A stretch of 64,000 nt of DNA from Bacteroidales bacterium (GCA_045130235.1 JBGUPJ010000021.1:256875-320874), one strand, 5' to 3'; positions 52,136 to 62,713 are shown, counted from the first letter of the stretch. Numbers and translations: made by a program. The notes: generated from the letters alone by a model not told the origin.

Positions 52136-53947
52136 TTATTTTACGATGGCTTGGAACTGGCTGAGTTTTCTGTATCTCTTGAACTCGGCATCCTTCTGGG
52201 CTTTAGCCTTGTAGGATGCGTCCAGTTTCACGCATTCGGTCAGGTTGCTGAGCACCTTGCTTTCCTCTTTCATTCTGGCGGCGAGAACGGCGCGCAGGTA
52301 GTAGGTCTTAGCATCGTTCTGGGTGACGCAGTCGAGGGTCTTCTGTGCGGCAGCATAATCTTTGTTCAGCATCTGAACGAGGGCCGTGTTGTAGTCGCAG
52401 CTCTTGTTGTTCATATCTTTGAGTGCTCCGCTGTAGTCACCTGATTTGATTTTGTTCATAGCCAGGTTGTAATCCTGCTGTACAGGGTTGACAGATGCTT
52501 TTTCGGAAGCGGCGAAATCGCGCATGGCGGCATCAACATTGCCTTGCAGAAATTCACCGATAGCCTTGTTGTTCAGGATGATACCGTTGCTCGGGGAGAT
52601 GGCCTCGGCTTTTTCAAGGTTCTTCATACCGTTCGTCAGAGAAGCCTCGTTGCCATTCTGGATATAGTCGTTGATCTGGAGGATAGCGAGGTTGTTGTAG
52701 GCGCGCCAGTCGTTCTGATCTTTAGCGATGATGGAGTTGTAGAGAGAGGCCTTTTTCTCAAGGTCTTGTTCCATAGAGGCGGCATACAGTTTTTCGTTCA
52801 GGGAGAGTGTGTCGGGATTGGTGTTCATCATCTCCTTGATTTGCTCATCGTTGAAGTTGTTCTTGTTGCAAACCATGGAAACTTCCACGCGGCGGAGGGG
52901 AGGAAGAATGATGTCGGCGATCTCATTGTAGATGTCGGTCATCTCACGAATCTTCTGTTCGCGCATGGTGGGGTTGGGCTGGGAACGCACCACATTGAGA
53001 ATCTGGTTCTTCTCGTTGATGTTGGATTGTTGCAGAGCTGCCTCGAAACCGCTCCAGTCTTCACCCGGAGATTTCACATCATATACGATTTCCGGCTTCG
53101 GAAGATCTTTGTATTTGATCTTGTTGTCTTTGGCATACTGACGGAGGTATTTGTCGAATTCTTTCTCAAACCAGCTCTTGCCCTGCTCGGCACGCTTGTC
53201 GGAAAGACCCTGGTTCAGCGACTCTTCGCCTTCGGGGGATGCCCATCCGGTGATGACCATCTTGTCAATCTTGCGACCCTCTTTCATGAAAGCGCCAAAG
53301 TCAGCAACAGCCTTCTTGGCGGCCGCCTCTTTGTTGTACTTTTGGTTCATGTTGAGGTTGGAGCTGTTGACATCGAAATAGAGGGTGGCGGTGCTGGTCA
53401 CGAATTCGGGTTTGTAGCCGTGTTCAGCATAGATGAGGGTGGTGCCGTTGCCAGCCTTCTCGCCCAACTCAGGGTTGATGTCGGCCAGAGCGGCGGAGTT
53501 GCCAATGCCTTCGCACAACGGAACGGGATCGAAGGTGTGTGATTTTTTCTTCTTCTGGGCAGTGGAAATAGCCACTAAGTTGGCCTCCTCATAACCTTCT
53601 TTGAACTCGAAGCTGCCAGAGCCGGAGAAAGCACCGCCATTTTTGTAGGAAATTTTGGCGCCATTACCTTTGGCCTTTTCTCCCTGGATTTCAATAGGAG
53701 CTAAGGCAATCTGCTGTCCCTGATACTCAATCGTGGGAACAATGGTCATCGTGGCTTTCTTCTTCATGTACTTGGGAGGGATGTTGCCTTTGATTTGATA
53801 AGCAACTTGGCCGCCCTTGTTTTCGAGGTCTTGGTCATCCAATTTAATGGAGACTTCCGGGTAACGGGAAACCATTTTACCCAAACCGCAGCTCAGCAGC
53901 GTGACAGCTGCAATGCAAGCTAACAAAATGATTCTCAAATTTTTCAT
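52136..53947 (-). CDS. Lipoprotein with OmpA-like segment and C-terminal TPR repeats
   Basis: The lipobox is in 'AVTLLSC|G'. 'ITGWASPEGEESLNQGLSDKRAEQG' resembles the OmpA-like peptidoglycan-binding motif. The C-terminus is TPR-like ('WRAYNNLAILQINDY', 'AKTYYLRAVLAARMKEE'). Confidence 0.6.
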   Translation of the reverse strand: MKNLRIILLACIAAVTLLSCGLGKMVSRYPEVSIKLDDQDLENKGGQVAYQIKGNIPPKYMKKKATMTIVPTIEYQGQQIALAPIEIQGEKAKGNGAKISYKNGGAFSGSGSFEFKEGYEEANLVAISTAQKKKKSHTFDPVPLCEGIGNSAALADINPELGEKAGNGTTLIYAEHGYKPEFVTSTATLYFDVNSSNLNMNQKYNKEAAAKKAVADFGAFMKEGRKIDKMVITGWASPEGEESLNQGLSDKRAEQGKSWFEKEFDKYLRQYAKDNKIKYKDLPKPEIVYDVKSPGEDWSGFEAALQQSNINEKNQILNVVRSQPNPTMREQKIREMTDIYNEIADIILPPLRRVEVSMVCNKNNFNDEQIKEMMNTNPDTLSLNEKLYAASMEQDLEKKASLYNSIIAKDQNDWRAYNNLAILQINDYIQNGNEASLTNGMKNLEKAEAISPSNGIILNNKAIGEFLQGNVDAAMRDFAASEKASVNPVQQDYNLAMNKIKSGDYSGALKDMNNKSCDYNTALVQMLNKDYAAAQKTLDCVTQNDAKTYYLRAVLAARMKEESKVLSNLTECVKLDASYKAKAQKDAEFKRYRKLSQFQAIVK

Positions 53948-54122
53948 AGTTCTACTTTGTATTTTTAACTTTGTTTTTAACTATTTTGATTGGCTTTGCA
54001 AAATTACAATTTTTTTTCAAAGAAAAAACTATTTTTATCAAAAACTTATCATCATATTTTTTATTAAAGAAATTGCAACAAAATGTCTTGTTTTGCGTTA
54101 ATATGGACTACTATTTTTGAAA

Positions 54123-55142
54123 ATGAGAAATTGTCTGTTGTTGATGTCATGTTTGCTCTTCATCCTGACGGGATGCAAGGGGAAAAAAGAGAGCCGCTCC
54201 CTTCAAGCCATTCCTGTGGAGGTGATGGTGGTAGGGGAGGAGGCTGAAGCGGGTGCGCAAAATTATGTCGGCACCATTGAAGCCTCATCCGCCAGCGTGT
54301 TGAGCTTTCCTGTGGCGGGAAATGTTACGAAGGTTTATGTGCGAGAGGGCCAAAAAGTATATGAAGGTCAGTTGCTTGCGGAGGTCAATGATGCCAGCTT
54401 CCAACAGGCTTATTCCGCCGCACAGGCCACACTGCGCCAGGCACAGGATGGCTACGACCGCCTCAAACTCCTGCACGACAAAGGCTCTATCACCGAGGTG
54501 CAGTGGGTGGAGATGGAGACTAAACTCGCGCAGGCCGTCTCCTCCGAGGCCATCGCCAAACGCAACCTTGAGAACTGCAAGCTGACAGCCCCTTATTCGG
54601 GCGTGGTCGGTAAATTGAGTGCGGAAGAGGGAATGAATGTGCTGCCGGGCAATGCCGTACTCACCCTCCTGCAAACCCGTGCCATGCAGGTCAATATGCC
54701 AATACCCGAAAATGTGATTTCAGAAATTTCTGTGGGGCAGCCGGTTAGAATTTCCGTTTCGGCACTCAACCATAGGATATATGATGGAAAAATTAGTTCT
54801 AAAGGGGTGGTGGCCAACGCACTTTCCCACAACTACGAGGTGCTGGTGCCGCTCCAAAACTCCGACGGCGCCTTGATGCCCGGCATGGTCTGCAACGTAT
54901 GGCTCCCCTCTACCGACACTTCCCAGCTGATTGTGGTTCCGAACCGTGTGGTGAAAATCGACCATACGGGAGACCGGTACGTGTGGCTCGCTTCCGGCGG
55001 CAAGGCCGTGCGTCGCTCCGTTACCACTGGCGGCCTCGCCCAGCGCGGCATCATCATCGCCGAAGGTCTCGAACCTGGCGATTCCGTCATCGTGAACGGA
55101 GAACAAAAAGTGAGTACGGGTTCCGCTGTAATTGTCCGTTAA
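54123..55142 (+). CDS. Efflux RND transporter periplasmic adaptor subunit (MFP)
   Basis: The lipobox is in 'LLFILTGC'. There is a coiled-coil hairpin segment, then 'CKLTAPYSGVVGK' and a beta-barrel/MP domain. The ORF begins at a TTG at 54117, and I prefer the ATG at 54123. Confidence 0.85.
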   Translation: MRNCLLLMSCLLFILTGCKGKKESRSLQAIPVEVMVVGEEAEAGAQNYVGTIEASSASVLSFPVAGNVTKVYVREGQKVYEGQLLAEVNDASFQQAYSAAQATLRQAQDGYDRLKLLHDKGSITEVQWVEMETKLAQAVSSEAIAKRNLENCKLTAPYSGVVGKLSAEEGMNVLPGNAVLTLLQTRAMQVNMPIPENVISEISVGQPVRISVSALNHRIYDGKISSKGVVANALSHNYEVLVPLQNSDGALMPGMVCNVWLPSTDTSQLIVVPNRVVKIDHTGDRYVWLASGGKAVRRSVTTGGLAQRGIIIAEGLEPGDSVIVNGEQKVSTGSAVIVR

Positions 55143-55145
55143 GCC

Positions 55146-58100
55146 ATGTCGAAGTCCATAGTCAGAAGCGCAGTCGAGTTCTCAGTCAAGAATAAGTCCA
55201 TTATTATTCTGATTGTCACCTTCATGGCTTTGTTCGGTGTGTACGCTCTGACGAAGATGCCCAAGCAGGAATTTCCTCAATTTTCTATACGTCAAGGACT
55301 TGTGGTTGCGGTCTATCCGGGTGCCAGCTCCGACCAGGTGGAAGAACAACTCACCCAGCCGCTCGAAGAATTTCTTTTCAGCTATAAGGAAATCAATAAG
55401 GCGATGACCTATTCCGTCACCTCCGACGGCATGGTGGTGATGTATGTGCAGCTTTCTGATAAGGTGAAGTCCGACGATGAGTTCTGGTCGAAATTCCGCC
55501 TCGATGCGGCCAACTTCAAAAGCTCGCTGCCCAGCGGTGTCGCAGGCATTTTCACCAGCAACGATTTTGGTAGTACATCCGCGCTACTCATCTCTATCGA
55601 ATCCAAAGAAAAAACTTACCGTGAGCTGGAAGGCTACCTCGCCGAACTGGAATCGCGCCTCCGCACCATCCCATCAGTATCCAATCTTCGTAGATATGGT
55701 CTTCAGAATGAGCAAATTACCATCTATATTGACAAAAACAAACTGGTGAAGTATGGCATTGATGCCTCCACGCTCACCAGCACACTTTTCGCCCAGAATT
55801 TTACTACCATCAGCGGCACTTTTGAGGATGATGAGCATCTGGCTCCTATCCATGTGTCGGAAACGTATGCCTCTGAAAACGATGTGGCGGAGCAGATTGT
55901 ATATGTGGATCCTACGGGGAGTATCGTGCGGTTGAAAGACATCGCCCGCATCGAGCGTGAGTATCCGAGGCGTACCAGCTATATCCAAAACGGCGACAAG
56001 AAATGCGTGATGCTCTCCATCGAGATGCAGGACGGCAACAACATTGTGGAGTACGGCAAGGCGGTCCGCGAAGTGCTTGACGAGTTCGAGTCCACCCTGC
56101 CGCCGGAGGTCACCGTGTTCCGTGTCGCAGACCAAGCTGAAGTGGTCTCCCACTCGGTCAACATGTTCATGCGTGAGATGCTTATCGCCATCATCACGGT
56201 CATCCTCGTCATTATGCTGATGCAGCCGATGCGTGTGGCCGGTATCTCCGCTATGACTATTCCGATTACGATGTTCATCTCGTTGGGTATCATGTACTTA
56301 ATGGGATTTGAAATCAACACCGTCACGCTGGGTGCATTGCTCGTGATGCTGGGAATTATTGTAGATGACTCGGTGGTGGTGATCGACAATTATGTGGAGA
56401 AATTGGACCATGGGGTGCCACGTCTGGAAGCCACACTTTCCAGCGGTACCGAGCTTTTCAAGTCTGTGGTCTCTGCCACACTCGCTATCACCATTACCTT
56501 CTACCCGCTGCTGTTCACTTGCACGGGACTTTTCGGCGAGTTCCTCAGCAGTTTTCCGGGTACGGTCACCATCACGCTCTTTACCTCTCTCCTGATTGCC
56601 ATGCTTTTCATACCCTTTGTTCAGTATGGCTTTATCAAAAAAGGATTTCATGGGCCTAACTCGAAACCGCGTAAGTTTAACATCCCTGACCTTATCCAGA
56701 AGATTTTCGACAAGATTATTATGTTCGCGTTCCGGTGGCCCAAGCTCACCATCCTCACTGCCGTGCTGGCCGTGGTGGTGGGGGTGCTGATATTCCTCCA
56801 TATTCCGCAGAGAATGATGCCGAGTACAGAGCGAAATCAGTTTGTCGTGGAGATCTATCTGCCTAATAGTTCTCCACTTACACGTACTGAGAAAGTGTGC
56901 GACTCGCTCGCCAACATTTTGCGGCATGATAAGCGAATTACCAATGTCACCTCTTTTGTGGGCTGTTCCGCACCGCGTTTCCACATGTGCTATGCCCCGA
57001 AATTCCCGTCCAAGCATTACGCCCAGCTGATTGTCACTACTACCACGGAAAAGATGACCAACAAGTTGTTGGATGAGTATGAGGACAAATTCGTCAACTA
57101 CTTCCCCGATGCGTACGTGCGCTTCAAACAGCTCGATTATGTGATGACCGCCTTCCCGGTTGAGATTGATGTTTCGGGGGACGACCGCGATGCGGTGCGT
57201 GTGGCTGCCGGTAAAATTGCAGATAACTTGAAGCAGAGGGATGACCTCCTCTTTGTGACCACCACAGAGGATGAGCTGATGACCGGTATTAATGTGGATG
57301 TCAATAATTTGGAGGCAAATCGCATAGGAGTAGGGAAACCCACCATCATGACCAACCTTGCCTTCGATTATGGTGCTGGAATTCCGATTACTACAATCTG
57401 GGAGGGCGACTATCCCGTCAAGGTGGTGCTGAAATCCGACAAGGATTCGCTCGGTACTTTTGAAGGCATTTCGGATGAGTACATAGCGTCTCTCAGTGGA
57501 AGTTCCGTCCCGTTGCGGCAGATTGCCACGGTGCATGAGGATTTCTCTACTGGACAGATTTATCATAAGAACGGCATCTATACCATTACAGTGCAGGCAG
57601 ATGTAAAACGCAATGTGAACGTCACCAGCACCACGAAATCTATCGACAAGAGTCTGAAAAATGTGGATATTCCTGATGGGGTGAAGATCAAGTGGGGCGG
57701 TGCCCGTATGCAGGATGACATTCTGATGCCTCAGATTTTCAAGGGGTTGGCTTTCGCTGTGCTAATTATTTTTGTGATTTTGGTCTTCCATTTCCGCAGC
57801 ATCAAGCTGGCCTCGCTGATTCTGGCCGCCACGTTGCTCTCCATCTTCGGTGCCACATTGGGCATCCAGATCATGGGGATGTCGTTCACCCTCACATCGG
57901 TGCTGGGTTTGGTGGCTCTGATGGGCATTATTGTGCGAAACGGTATCATCATGTACGATTATGCCGAAACTTTGCGCATCAAGGGCGGACTGTCGGCACG
58001 TGAGGCAGCGTTGGAGGCCGGCAAACGGCGTACCCGTCCGATCTTCCTCACCAGTGCCGCCGCCTCAATGGGTGTGGTCCCGATGATTATCAGCAACAGC

Positions 58101-58244
58101 GCATTATGGTCACCGATGGGGGTGGTGATCTGCTTCGGCACGTGGATTTCAATGGTGCTGGTGGTGTCGGTGCTGCCGGTGTTGTACTGGCTTTTCAATT
58201 CCAAGACGAAGCAGCCTGTTCAGGAGGGAACTTCTGAAGCGTGA
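55146..58244 (+). CDS. Efflux RND transporter permease subunit (AcrB/CzcA superfamily)
   Basis: The 1,032-aa product has two large periplasmic loops separated by TM bundles. It carries 'LGALLVMLGIIVDDSVVVIDN' and 'LGLVALMGIIVRNGIIMYD'. It starts 3 nt after the MFP gene. Confidence 0.9.
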   Translation: MSKSIVRSAVEFSVKNKSIIILIVTFMALFGVYALTKMPKQEFPQFSIRQGLVVAVYPGASSDQVEEQLTQPLEEFLFSYKEINKAMTYSVTSDGMVVMYVQLSDKVKSDDEFWSKFRLDAANFKSSLPSGVAGIFTSNDFGSTSALLISIESKEKTYRELEGYLAELESRLRTIPSVSNLRRYGLQNEQITIYIDKNKLVKYGIDASTLTSTLFAQNFTTISGTFEDDEHLAPIHVSETYASENDVAEQIVYVDPTGSIVRLKDIARIEREYPRRTSYIQNGDKKCVMLSIEMQDGNNIVEYGKAVREVLDEFESTLPPEVTVFRVADQAEVVSHSVNMFMREMLIAIITVILVIMLMQPMRVAGISAMTIPITMFISLGIMYLMGFEINTVTLGALLVMLGIIVDDSVVVIDNYVEKLDHGVPRLEATLSSGTELFKSVVSATLAITITFYPLLFTCTGLFGEFLSSFPGTVTITLFTSLLIAMLFIPFVQYGFIKKGFHGPNSKPRKFNIPDLIQKIFDKIIMFAFRWPKLTILTAVLAVVVGVLIFLHIPQRMMPSTERNQFVVEIYLPNSSPLTRTEKVCDSLANILRHDKRITNVTSFVGCSAPRFHMCYAPKFPSKHYAQLIVTTTTEKMTNKLLDEYEDKFVNYFPDAYVRFKQLDYVMTAFPVEIDVSGDDRDAVRVAAGKIADNLKQRDDLLFVTTTEDELMTGINVDVNNLEANRIGVGKPTIMTNLAFDYGAGIPITTIWEGDYPVKVVLKSDKDSLGTFEGISDEYIASLSGSSVPLRQIATVHEDFSTGQIYHKNGIYTITVQADVKRNVNVTSTTKSIDKSLKNVDIPDGVKIKWGGARMQDDILMPQIFKGLAFAVLIIFVILVFHFRSIKLASLILAATLLSIFGATLGIQIMGMSFTLTSVLGLVALMGIIVRNGIIMYDYAETLRIKGGLSAREAALEAGKRRTRPIFLTSAAASMGVVPMIISNSALWSPMGVVICFGTWISMVLVVSVLPVLYWLFNSKTKQPVQEGTSEA

Positions 58245-58254
58245 TGGGGAGTGG

Positions 58255-58656
58255 CTACGCCTGCGGTGTTTCGGGATACAGCAAGGCGCATCGGTCGATG
58301 ATGCTGTTGGCATATTCGAAGCCTGCATCGCACAACTTTTTCCCTCGGGTGCCATCATACCCCATATACAAGTGTAAGGTGTTATAGCCATTATTTACAT
58401 ACTGTAGTAATTTGCGGTCGCGTTTGCCTGCGGCCTCTTGGTATTTATCAATTGAGGGCCGTCCTTTGCCTTTTCGTACGTGTAATACCGCATCTAAAGC
58501 AATCAGACATCCTTTCCAAAGGATATCACCAGCGGTTTTGACATACTTGCTGTCTGTATATGACTTGACTTCAGGGTCATAGCCTGCTTTTTGAATAATC
58601 TCTTCTGCGTTTGTCACATAGCGTCTGGCTTCTTCAATAGGATTTTCAAGTTCCAT
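58255..58656 (-). CDS. Small helical protein, DUF5618-like (function unknown)
   Basis: The 133-aa product has 'NPIEEARRYVTNAEEIIQKAG...SKYVKTAGDILWKGCLIALDAVLHVRKGKGRP...NNGYNTLHLYMGYDG'. This resembles a Bacteroidales-restricted DUF as I recall it. Confidence 0.55.
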   Translation of the reverse strand: MELENPIEEARRYVTNAEEIIQKAGYDPEVKSYTDSKYVKTAGDILWKGCLIALDAVLHVRKGKGRPSIDKYQEAAGKRDRKLLQYVNNGYNTLHLYMGYDGTRGKKLCDAGFEYANSIIDRCALLYPETPQA

Positions 58657-58684
58657 AGTAATTCTTTGTATTAAGTTTAGGCTG

Positions 58685-58692
58685 CAAAGATA
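58685..58692 (-). promoter_or_regulatory. Bacteroides-type -7 box (TATCTTTG) for the DUF5618-like gene
   Basis: Plus-strand CAAAGATA lies 29 nt upstream of the ATG at 58656. Confidence 0.45.
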
Positions 58693-58833
58693 CGATAGAT
58701 AAATGACATTCCTTCACTTTTAGAAAATTTTTTTCTAATTGAAATTGAATAATTTATAGAAATATTCTGAAAAATATTGTTATTGAAATATAAAAATTTG
58801 GGGTAATTGCTGGATTTTTTTATAAAAATGTTG

Positions 58834-58841
58834 TAATTTTG
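58834..58841 (+). promoter_or_regulatory. Bacteroides-type -7 box (TAATTTTG) for the DUF2851 gene
   Basis: Exact TAnnTTTG match 34 nt upstream of the ATG at 58875. Confidence 0.45.
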
Positions 58842-58874
58842 CAGCGAATTAACTAAGACATAACTTATATTAAG

Positions 58875-60146
58875 ATGAACGAGATGTTGCTGCACTATTT
58901 TTGGCGTAATCAGTTGTTTTCTGCTTTGGATTTGCACACCACCGACCACCGGTCGTTGCGACTTGTCCGAAGCGGCATCGCCCACCAGGATGCCGGTCCG
59001 GACTTCAAGCAGGCGGTCATCAAAATCGACGGCATCACATGGGTCGGGGATGTCGAGATTCATGTCCGCACGTCCGACTGGCTCCGCCATGGGCATCAGC
59101 ATGATGCTAAGTATCAAAGTGTTATTCTTCATGTGGTATATCAGCATGATATGGAGTTGGAGGAAAACTTTCCAACATTGGAATTGAAGGAGTACATTCC
59201 ACCCTCTATGATAGAGGAGTACGAGCAGATGTCGTGCAGCCGCGACCTGCTGCCGTGCCGCCACTCGCTGCCGGAGGTCACTTCGCTGCAGTTTGCCAGC
59301 TGGCTGTCGCGGTTGGCGGTGGAGCGGATGCAGCGTAAGCAGGCTGAGGTGGTGCAGACCGTCTGCGAGTGCCATCACAACTGGCAGGAGGCCGTATTCC
59401 GATACTTCGTCGCCAATTTCGGATTCAACAAAAATGCCAGCGCCTTTGAACTACTGTCGAAAAGTCTGCCATACCGCTACATCTTGAAACACAAGGATTC
59501 ACGATTGCAGATTTATGCCTTGGTATTCGGACAGGCTGGACTTTTGGAGCAGCCTCCCGACGAGCCTGACCGCTATTTTGAGACCCTCCAGTCGGAATAC
59601 GACTATCTGAAATATAAGTACAATCTGGTGCCTATTCCTTTGAAGGTGTGGAATTTGCTGCGGCTGCGTCCGCAGAACTTCCCCTGCGTGCGCCTCGCCC
59701 AACTGAGCGAGTGCATCTATCGTATGCCCGAACTCATTGAGCTGCTGCTCCACGACGCTGATGTGTCGCTGCTGCGAGGTATCTCCCTTTTTGAACCTAA
59801 CGACTATTGGAAGTCGCATCTCCATTTCGGCCGTGCCAGCCCCACCCGTCCTCGTAAAATCGGGCAGCAGGCTTTTAACCTGCTGGTGGTTAATGTGGTA
59901 GTGCCGGTGCGGCTGGCGTGTGCGGCCTTCATGGGCGATGATACCTCCCGCGAACAGGCCCTGTCGTTGCTCGAAAACTGTGATTTCGAGAACAATAGTA
60001 TCACGCGACAGTACGTCGAGGCTGGCTTCCCATCTGGACATGCCCTATACTCTCAAGCTATCCTTGAGCTGTACAAACAATACTGTTCTGTGAAACGGTG
60101 CGCCAACTGCGACATCGGCTGCCTCATTCTGCGGAGGTTGGCGTGA
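58875..60146 (+). CDS. DUF2851 family protein
   Basis: The N-terminus 'MNEMLLHYFWRNQLF' and 'GDVEIHVRTSDWLRHGH' are hallmarks of this family as I recall it. The C-terminal Cys cluster is 'CSVKRCANCDIGC'. Confidence 0.7.
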   Translation: MNEMLLHYFWRNQLFSALDLHTTDHRSLRLVRSGIAHQDAGPDFKQAVIKIDGITWVGDVEIHVRTSDWLRHGHQHDAKYQSVILHVVYQHDMELEENFPTLELKEYIPPSMIEEYEQMSCSRDLLPCRHSLPEVTSLQFASWLSRLAVERMQRKQAEVVQTVCECHHNWQEAVFRYFVANFGFNKNASAFELLSKSLPYRYILKHKDSRLQIYALVFGQAGLLEQPPDEPDRYFETLQSEYDYLKYKYNLVPIPLKVWNLLRLRPQNFPCVRLAQLSECIYRMPELIELLLHDADVSLLRGISLFEPNDYWKSHLHFGRASPTRPRKIGQQAFNLLVVNVVVPVRLACAAFMGDDTSREQALSLLENCDFENNSITRQYVEAGFPSGHALYSQAILELYKQYCSVKRCANCDIGCLILRRLA

Positions 60147-61638
60147 TGTTATTGTCAGAATGGCTACCTTCCTTGTCAGTAATCCCTTTGGGTGTGCTGA
60201 CATCAAGGCTGCGAGTTACCTTACTCTCGGTTTCGGCGCTCAGCACCACGATCAGGGCGAAAAGTCCCCAGTAGGGGAGCGACAGCTTGTCGGTATCGAG
60301 GAAGTTGTTCATCACTCCGTGGATGAAGTAGGTGATGAGCGAGAGGGTGGCCGCCAGGCAGAGTCGTCGCACGCTCTTGTCGCAGTTCCGTTGGTAGGTG
60401 CGGAATCCGTAATAGAGTAGCAGCACGACCATCGCCAGCACGGTGAGTAGTCCTACAAAGCCGGTCTCTGCCGTCGGACCGATGTACTCGCTGTGCGCAT
60501 TGCCGCCGTCGCCAAAGTCGGTAGTGATGATAGTGTGGTAGCGAGAGTCTTGGTAAGGTGCGTAACAGAACTGGTAACATCCGGGTCCCCAGCCCATGAC
60601 AGGCCGCTCTTCAATCATGGCGAAGGCTGCGTGCCAGCGGTTCAATCGCTCCACATTCGAGGCGTCGGTCGAGATGTTGGAGATGGACTGCAGGTGCTCG
60701 GCAAGGTTGGTAGAGGAATCCTGGCTGTTGCGCGACATCCGGTAGAGAATGTCATCGGAAAAGGCAAACAGCAGCGCTCCTATGATGGTGGCGCCGGTGA
60801 TGAACCACGAGAACTTGATGCGCAGCTTTACCACGCACCAGATGCCGAGTGCGCCCATCAGGCTCAACCATGCCGCACGGCAGAACGACAGGTAGGTGCC
60901 CGTAAGGAAGATGGCGATGAGAATGCCGTACAGCACCCGCATACCCCGTTTCGTTTCAGGCAAAAACAGCAGTCCGATGGTCATTGGGAGAAACAGCGCC
61001 AGCACGGCCCCGTAGGCGGTGTGGTCGTTGTAGAAGGGATTCATAATCCAATGGGCGATGTGTTCGCCGAAGCCAACCTGCGCATTTTTGATGGTGGTGA
61101 TGACCACCACACACCCTAACGCGATGGCATAGCAGTTGAAGTAAGTGATCCAACGGCTGCGGTCTTTGTCCATCAGGTGGATGACCATGAAGAAGGAGGA
61201 GCAGACAAACCAGATTTTGGCTGCCCAGAACTTGAATGAAACCAATGGTATCTCGCTGGTAATGCAGCAGATAAACATCCATGTGAGGTAGCACAGGATG
61301 GCTATCGTAATGGGATGTTTAAGAACATTTTTCTTGAACCTCAGGTCGTAGCAGATACGGGCAAGGAACAGGAAGGTGAGCGAAATCATCAGCACTTCTG
61401 CTGGGAGTGAGATGTCGAACTGTACCTTATCGCTTTCTAGTGGAATGGAGAAAGGAGTACAGAACGCCATGAGGTACATGGCCAAATCCACACGGAAGAT
61501 GAGCAAATATGCTAAAATGGCTGCTAACGAGGCGAAAGGAACAATCAGGTACTCGCGGTAGATGGCCCATGAGTTGAGCAGGATGACCGCTGCGGCCACC
61601 CCAATCACCCACCATTTGCTGTACTTCTTCCAGTCCAT
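60124..61638 (-). CDS. O-antigen ligase (Wzy_C) family membrane protein
   Basis: The product is polytopic with at least 10 TM helices, and 'FLTGTYLSFCRAAWLSLMGALGIW' is typical of the Wzy_C loop region. The start is at 'MDWKKYSKWW' (61638), downstream of the Wzz stop at 61652. Its 3' end overlaps the DUF2851 gene by 23 nt. Confidence 0.7.
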   Translation of the reverse strand: MDWKKYSKWWVIGVAAAVILLNSWAIYREYLIVPFASLAAILAYLLIFRVDLAMYLMAFCTPFSIPLESDKVQFDISLPAEVLMISLTFLFLARICYDLRFKKNVLKHPITIAILCYLTWMFICCITSEIPLVSFKFWAAKIWFVCSSFFMVIHLMDKDRSRWITYFNCYAIALGCVVVITTIKNAQVGFGEHIAHWIMNPFYNDHTAYGAVLALFLPMTIGLLFLPETKRGMRVLYGILIAIFLTGTYLSFCRAAWLSLMGALGIWCVVKLRIKFSWFITGATIIGALLFAFSDDILYRMSRNSQDSSTNLAEHLQSISNISTDASNVERLNRWHAAFAMIEERPVMGWGPGCYQFCYAPYQDSRYHTIITTDFGDGGNAHSEYIGPTAETGFVGLLTVLAMVVLLLYYGFRTYQRNCDKSVRRLCLAATLSLITYFIHGVMNNFLDTDKLSLPYWGLFALIVVLSAETESKVTRSLDVSTPKGITDKEGSHSDNNITPTSAE

Positions 61639-61651
61639 GCAAAAAAGAAGG

Positions 61652-62713
61652 TTATTCGGCGGTAGAACTCTCTGGTGTGTCAGCCTTTTCTTCCTTGCGG
61701 CGCAGGCTCGGCGTGCCTTTGATGTTCTCAATCACTAATAGAATGACGATAGTGACGATTAACGCGCTCAAAGCTGCTACAAGGGTGATGATGGATTTTT
61801 TAGGATAGCATTTCTTGTCGGATACGATGGCTCGCTGCACCACAAATTTTGTGGGGATGTTGTTGTCCATATCCACCTTTGCATCCATCATTTTCTGTTT
61901 CACTAATGACTGATATTCGCGGAAACTGAACTGTAGGTCATGGAGGGCTTCAGCTCTCGGTCCCCAGATGGCCATGGTGTCCAACAGAGCCTGAAGGCGT
62001 TGCTGGGCCGCTGTGTTGCCCTGTGCCACTGCGATGGCCCACTGCTGCATGATTCTTTCCGACTGGCTCTCGAAGTCGAAAACGCCATGCTCCATGATGA
62101 CGCGGATGGAGTCATCGACGCGGTTGATTTCAGCAGTTACGTCTTCTAACTGCTTTTGCATCACTGCGTAAGCAGCACACGCACGCTCATTCTCAATCTC
62201 CCGCTTGATGGTGTCGAGCAGATCCACCACATCGTTGGCGATGGTACAAGCCATCACAGGATCAGTGTCCTCAAAAGAGATGGAAATGGCACCGTATTTA
62301 GTGCGTTTGACGTCCATGCTCTCCTCGATGTTCTTGTAAAGTTTGGTCTGCCAGTATTTCTTAGTGGTGTCCAAATCGTAATGCGCAATCAGGTTGTGGC
62401 GGCGGATGAGTTTGTCTTTCAACTCTCTGGAATTCAGGATTTCCATCATCTGCTCGGTCTCCGCCTCAATAGCGTAAGCCTTCATGTCCATACGCTCGTT
62501 GTTGGTCTCATCAGCCAATAAAATCTTGGAAACCGAGTTGGTGCGCGGCGCATATACGATAGCCGTGGACTTAAAATGAGGTTTGATGAAGCAGGCGCAG
62601 ACAAAAGCCGCGACGGCAGCCACTACGGTGACAATGGTTAATAATTTCCATTTGCTGACGATGAATCGCAGCAGACTGAAAGAACTATACTCGCTGTTCT
62701 CTTTTTTCATCAT
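61652..62713 (-). CDS. Polysaccharide chain-length determinant (Wzz-like) protein
   Basis: The 353-aa product has an N-terminal TM helix ('WKLLTIVTVVAAVAAFVCACF'), a coiled-coil periplasmic region and a C-terminal TM helix ('IITLVAALSALIVTIVILLVI'). Confidence 0.65.
   Translation of the reverse strand: MMKKENSEYSSFSLLRFIVSKWKLLTIVTVVAAVAAFVCACFIKPHFKSTAIVYAPRTNSVSKILLADETNNERMDMKAYAIEAETEQMMEILNSRELKDKLIRRHNLIAHYDLDTTKKYWQTKLYKNIEESMDVKRTKYGAISISFEDTDPVMACTIANDVVDLLDTIKREIENERACAAYAVMQKQLEDVTAEINRVDDSIRVIMEHGVFDFESQSERIMQQWAIAVAQGNTAAQQRLQALLDTMAIWGPRAEALHDLQFSFREYQSLVKQKMMDAKVDMDNNIPTKFVVQRAIVSDKKCYPKKSIITLVAALSALIVTIVILLVIENIKGTPSLRRKEEKADTPESSTAE

Noticed and set aside
60124-60146. The convergent DUF2851 and O-antigen-ligase genes overlap by 23 nt at their 3' ends, and the TPR and trmO genes overlap by 4 nt at 50451..50454.
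   Set aside because: Short convergent overlaps are common in compact bacterial genomes, and I see no additional structure there.
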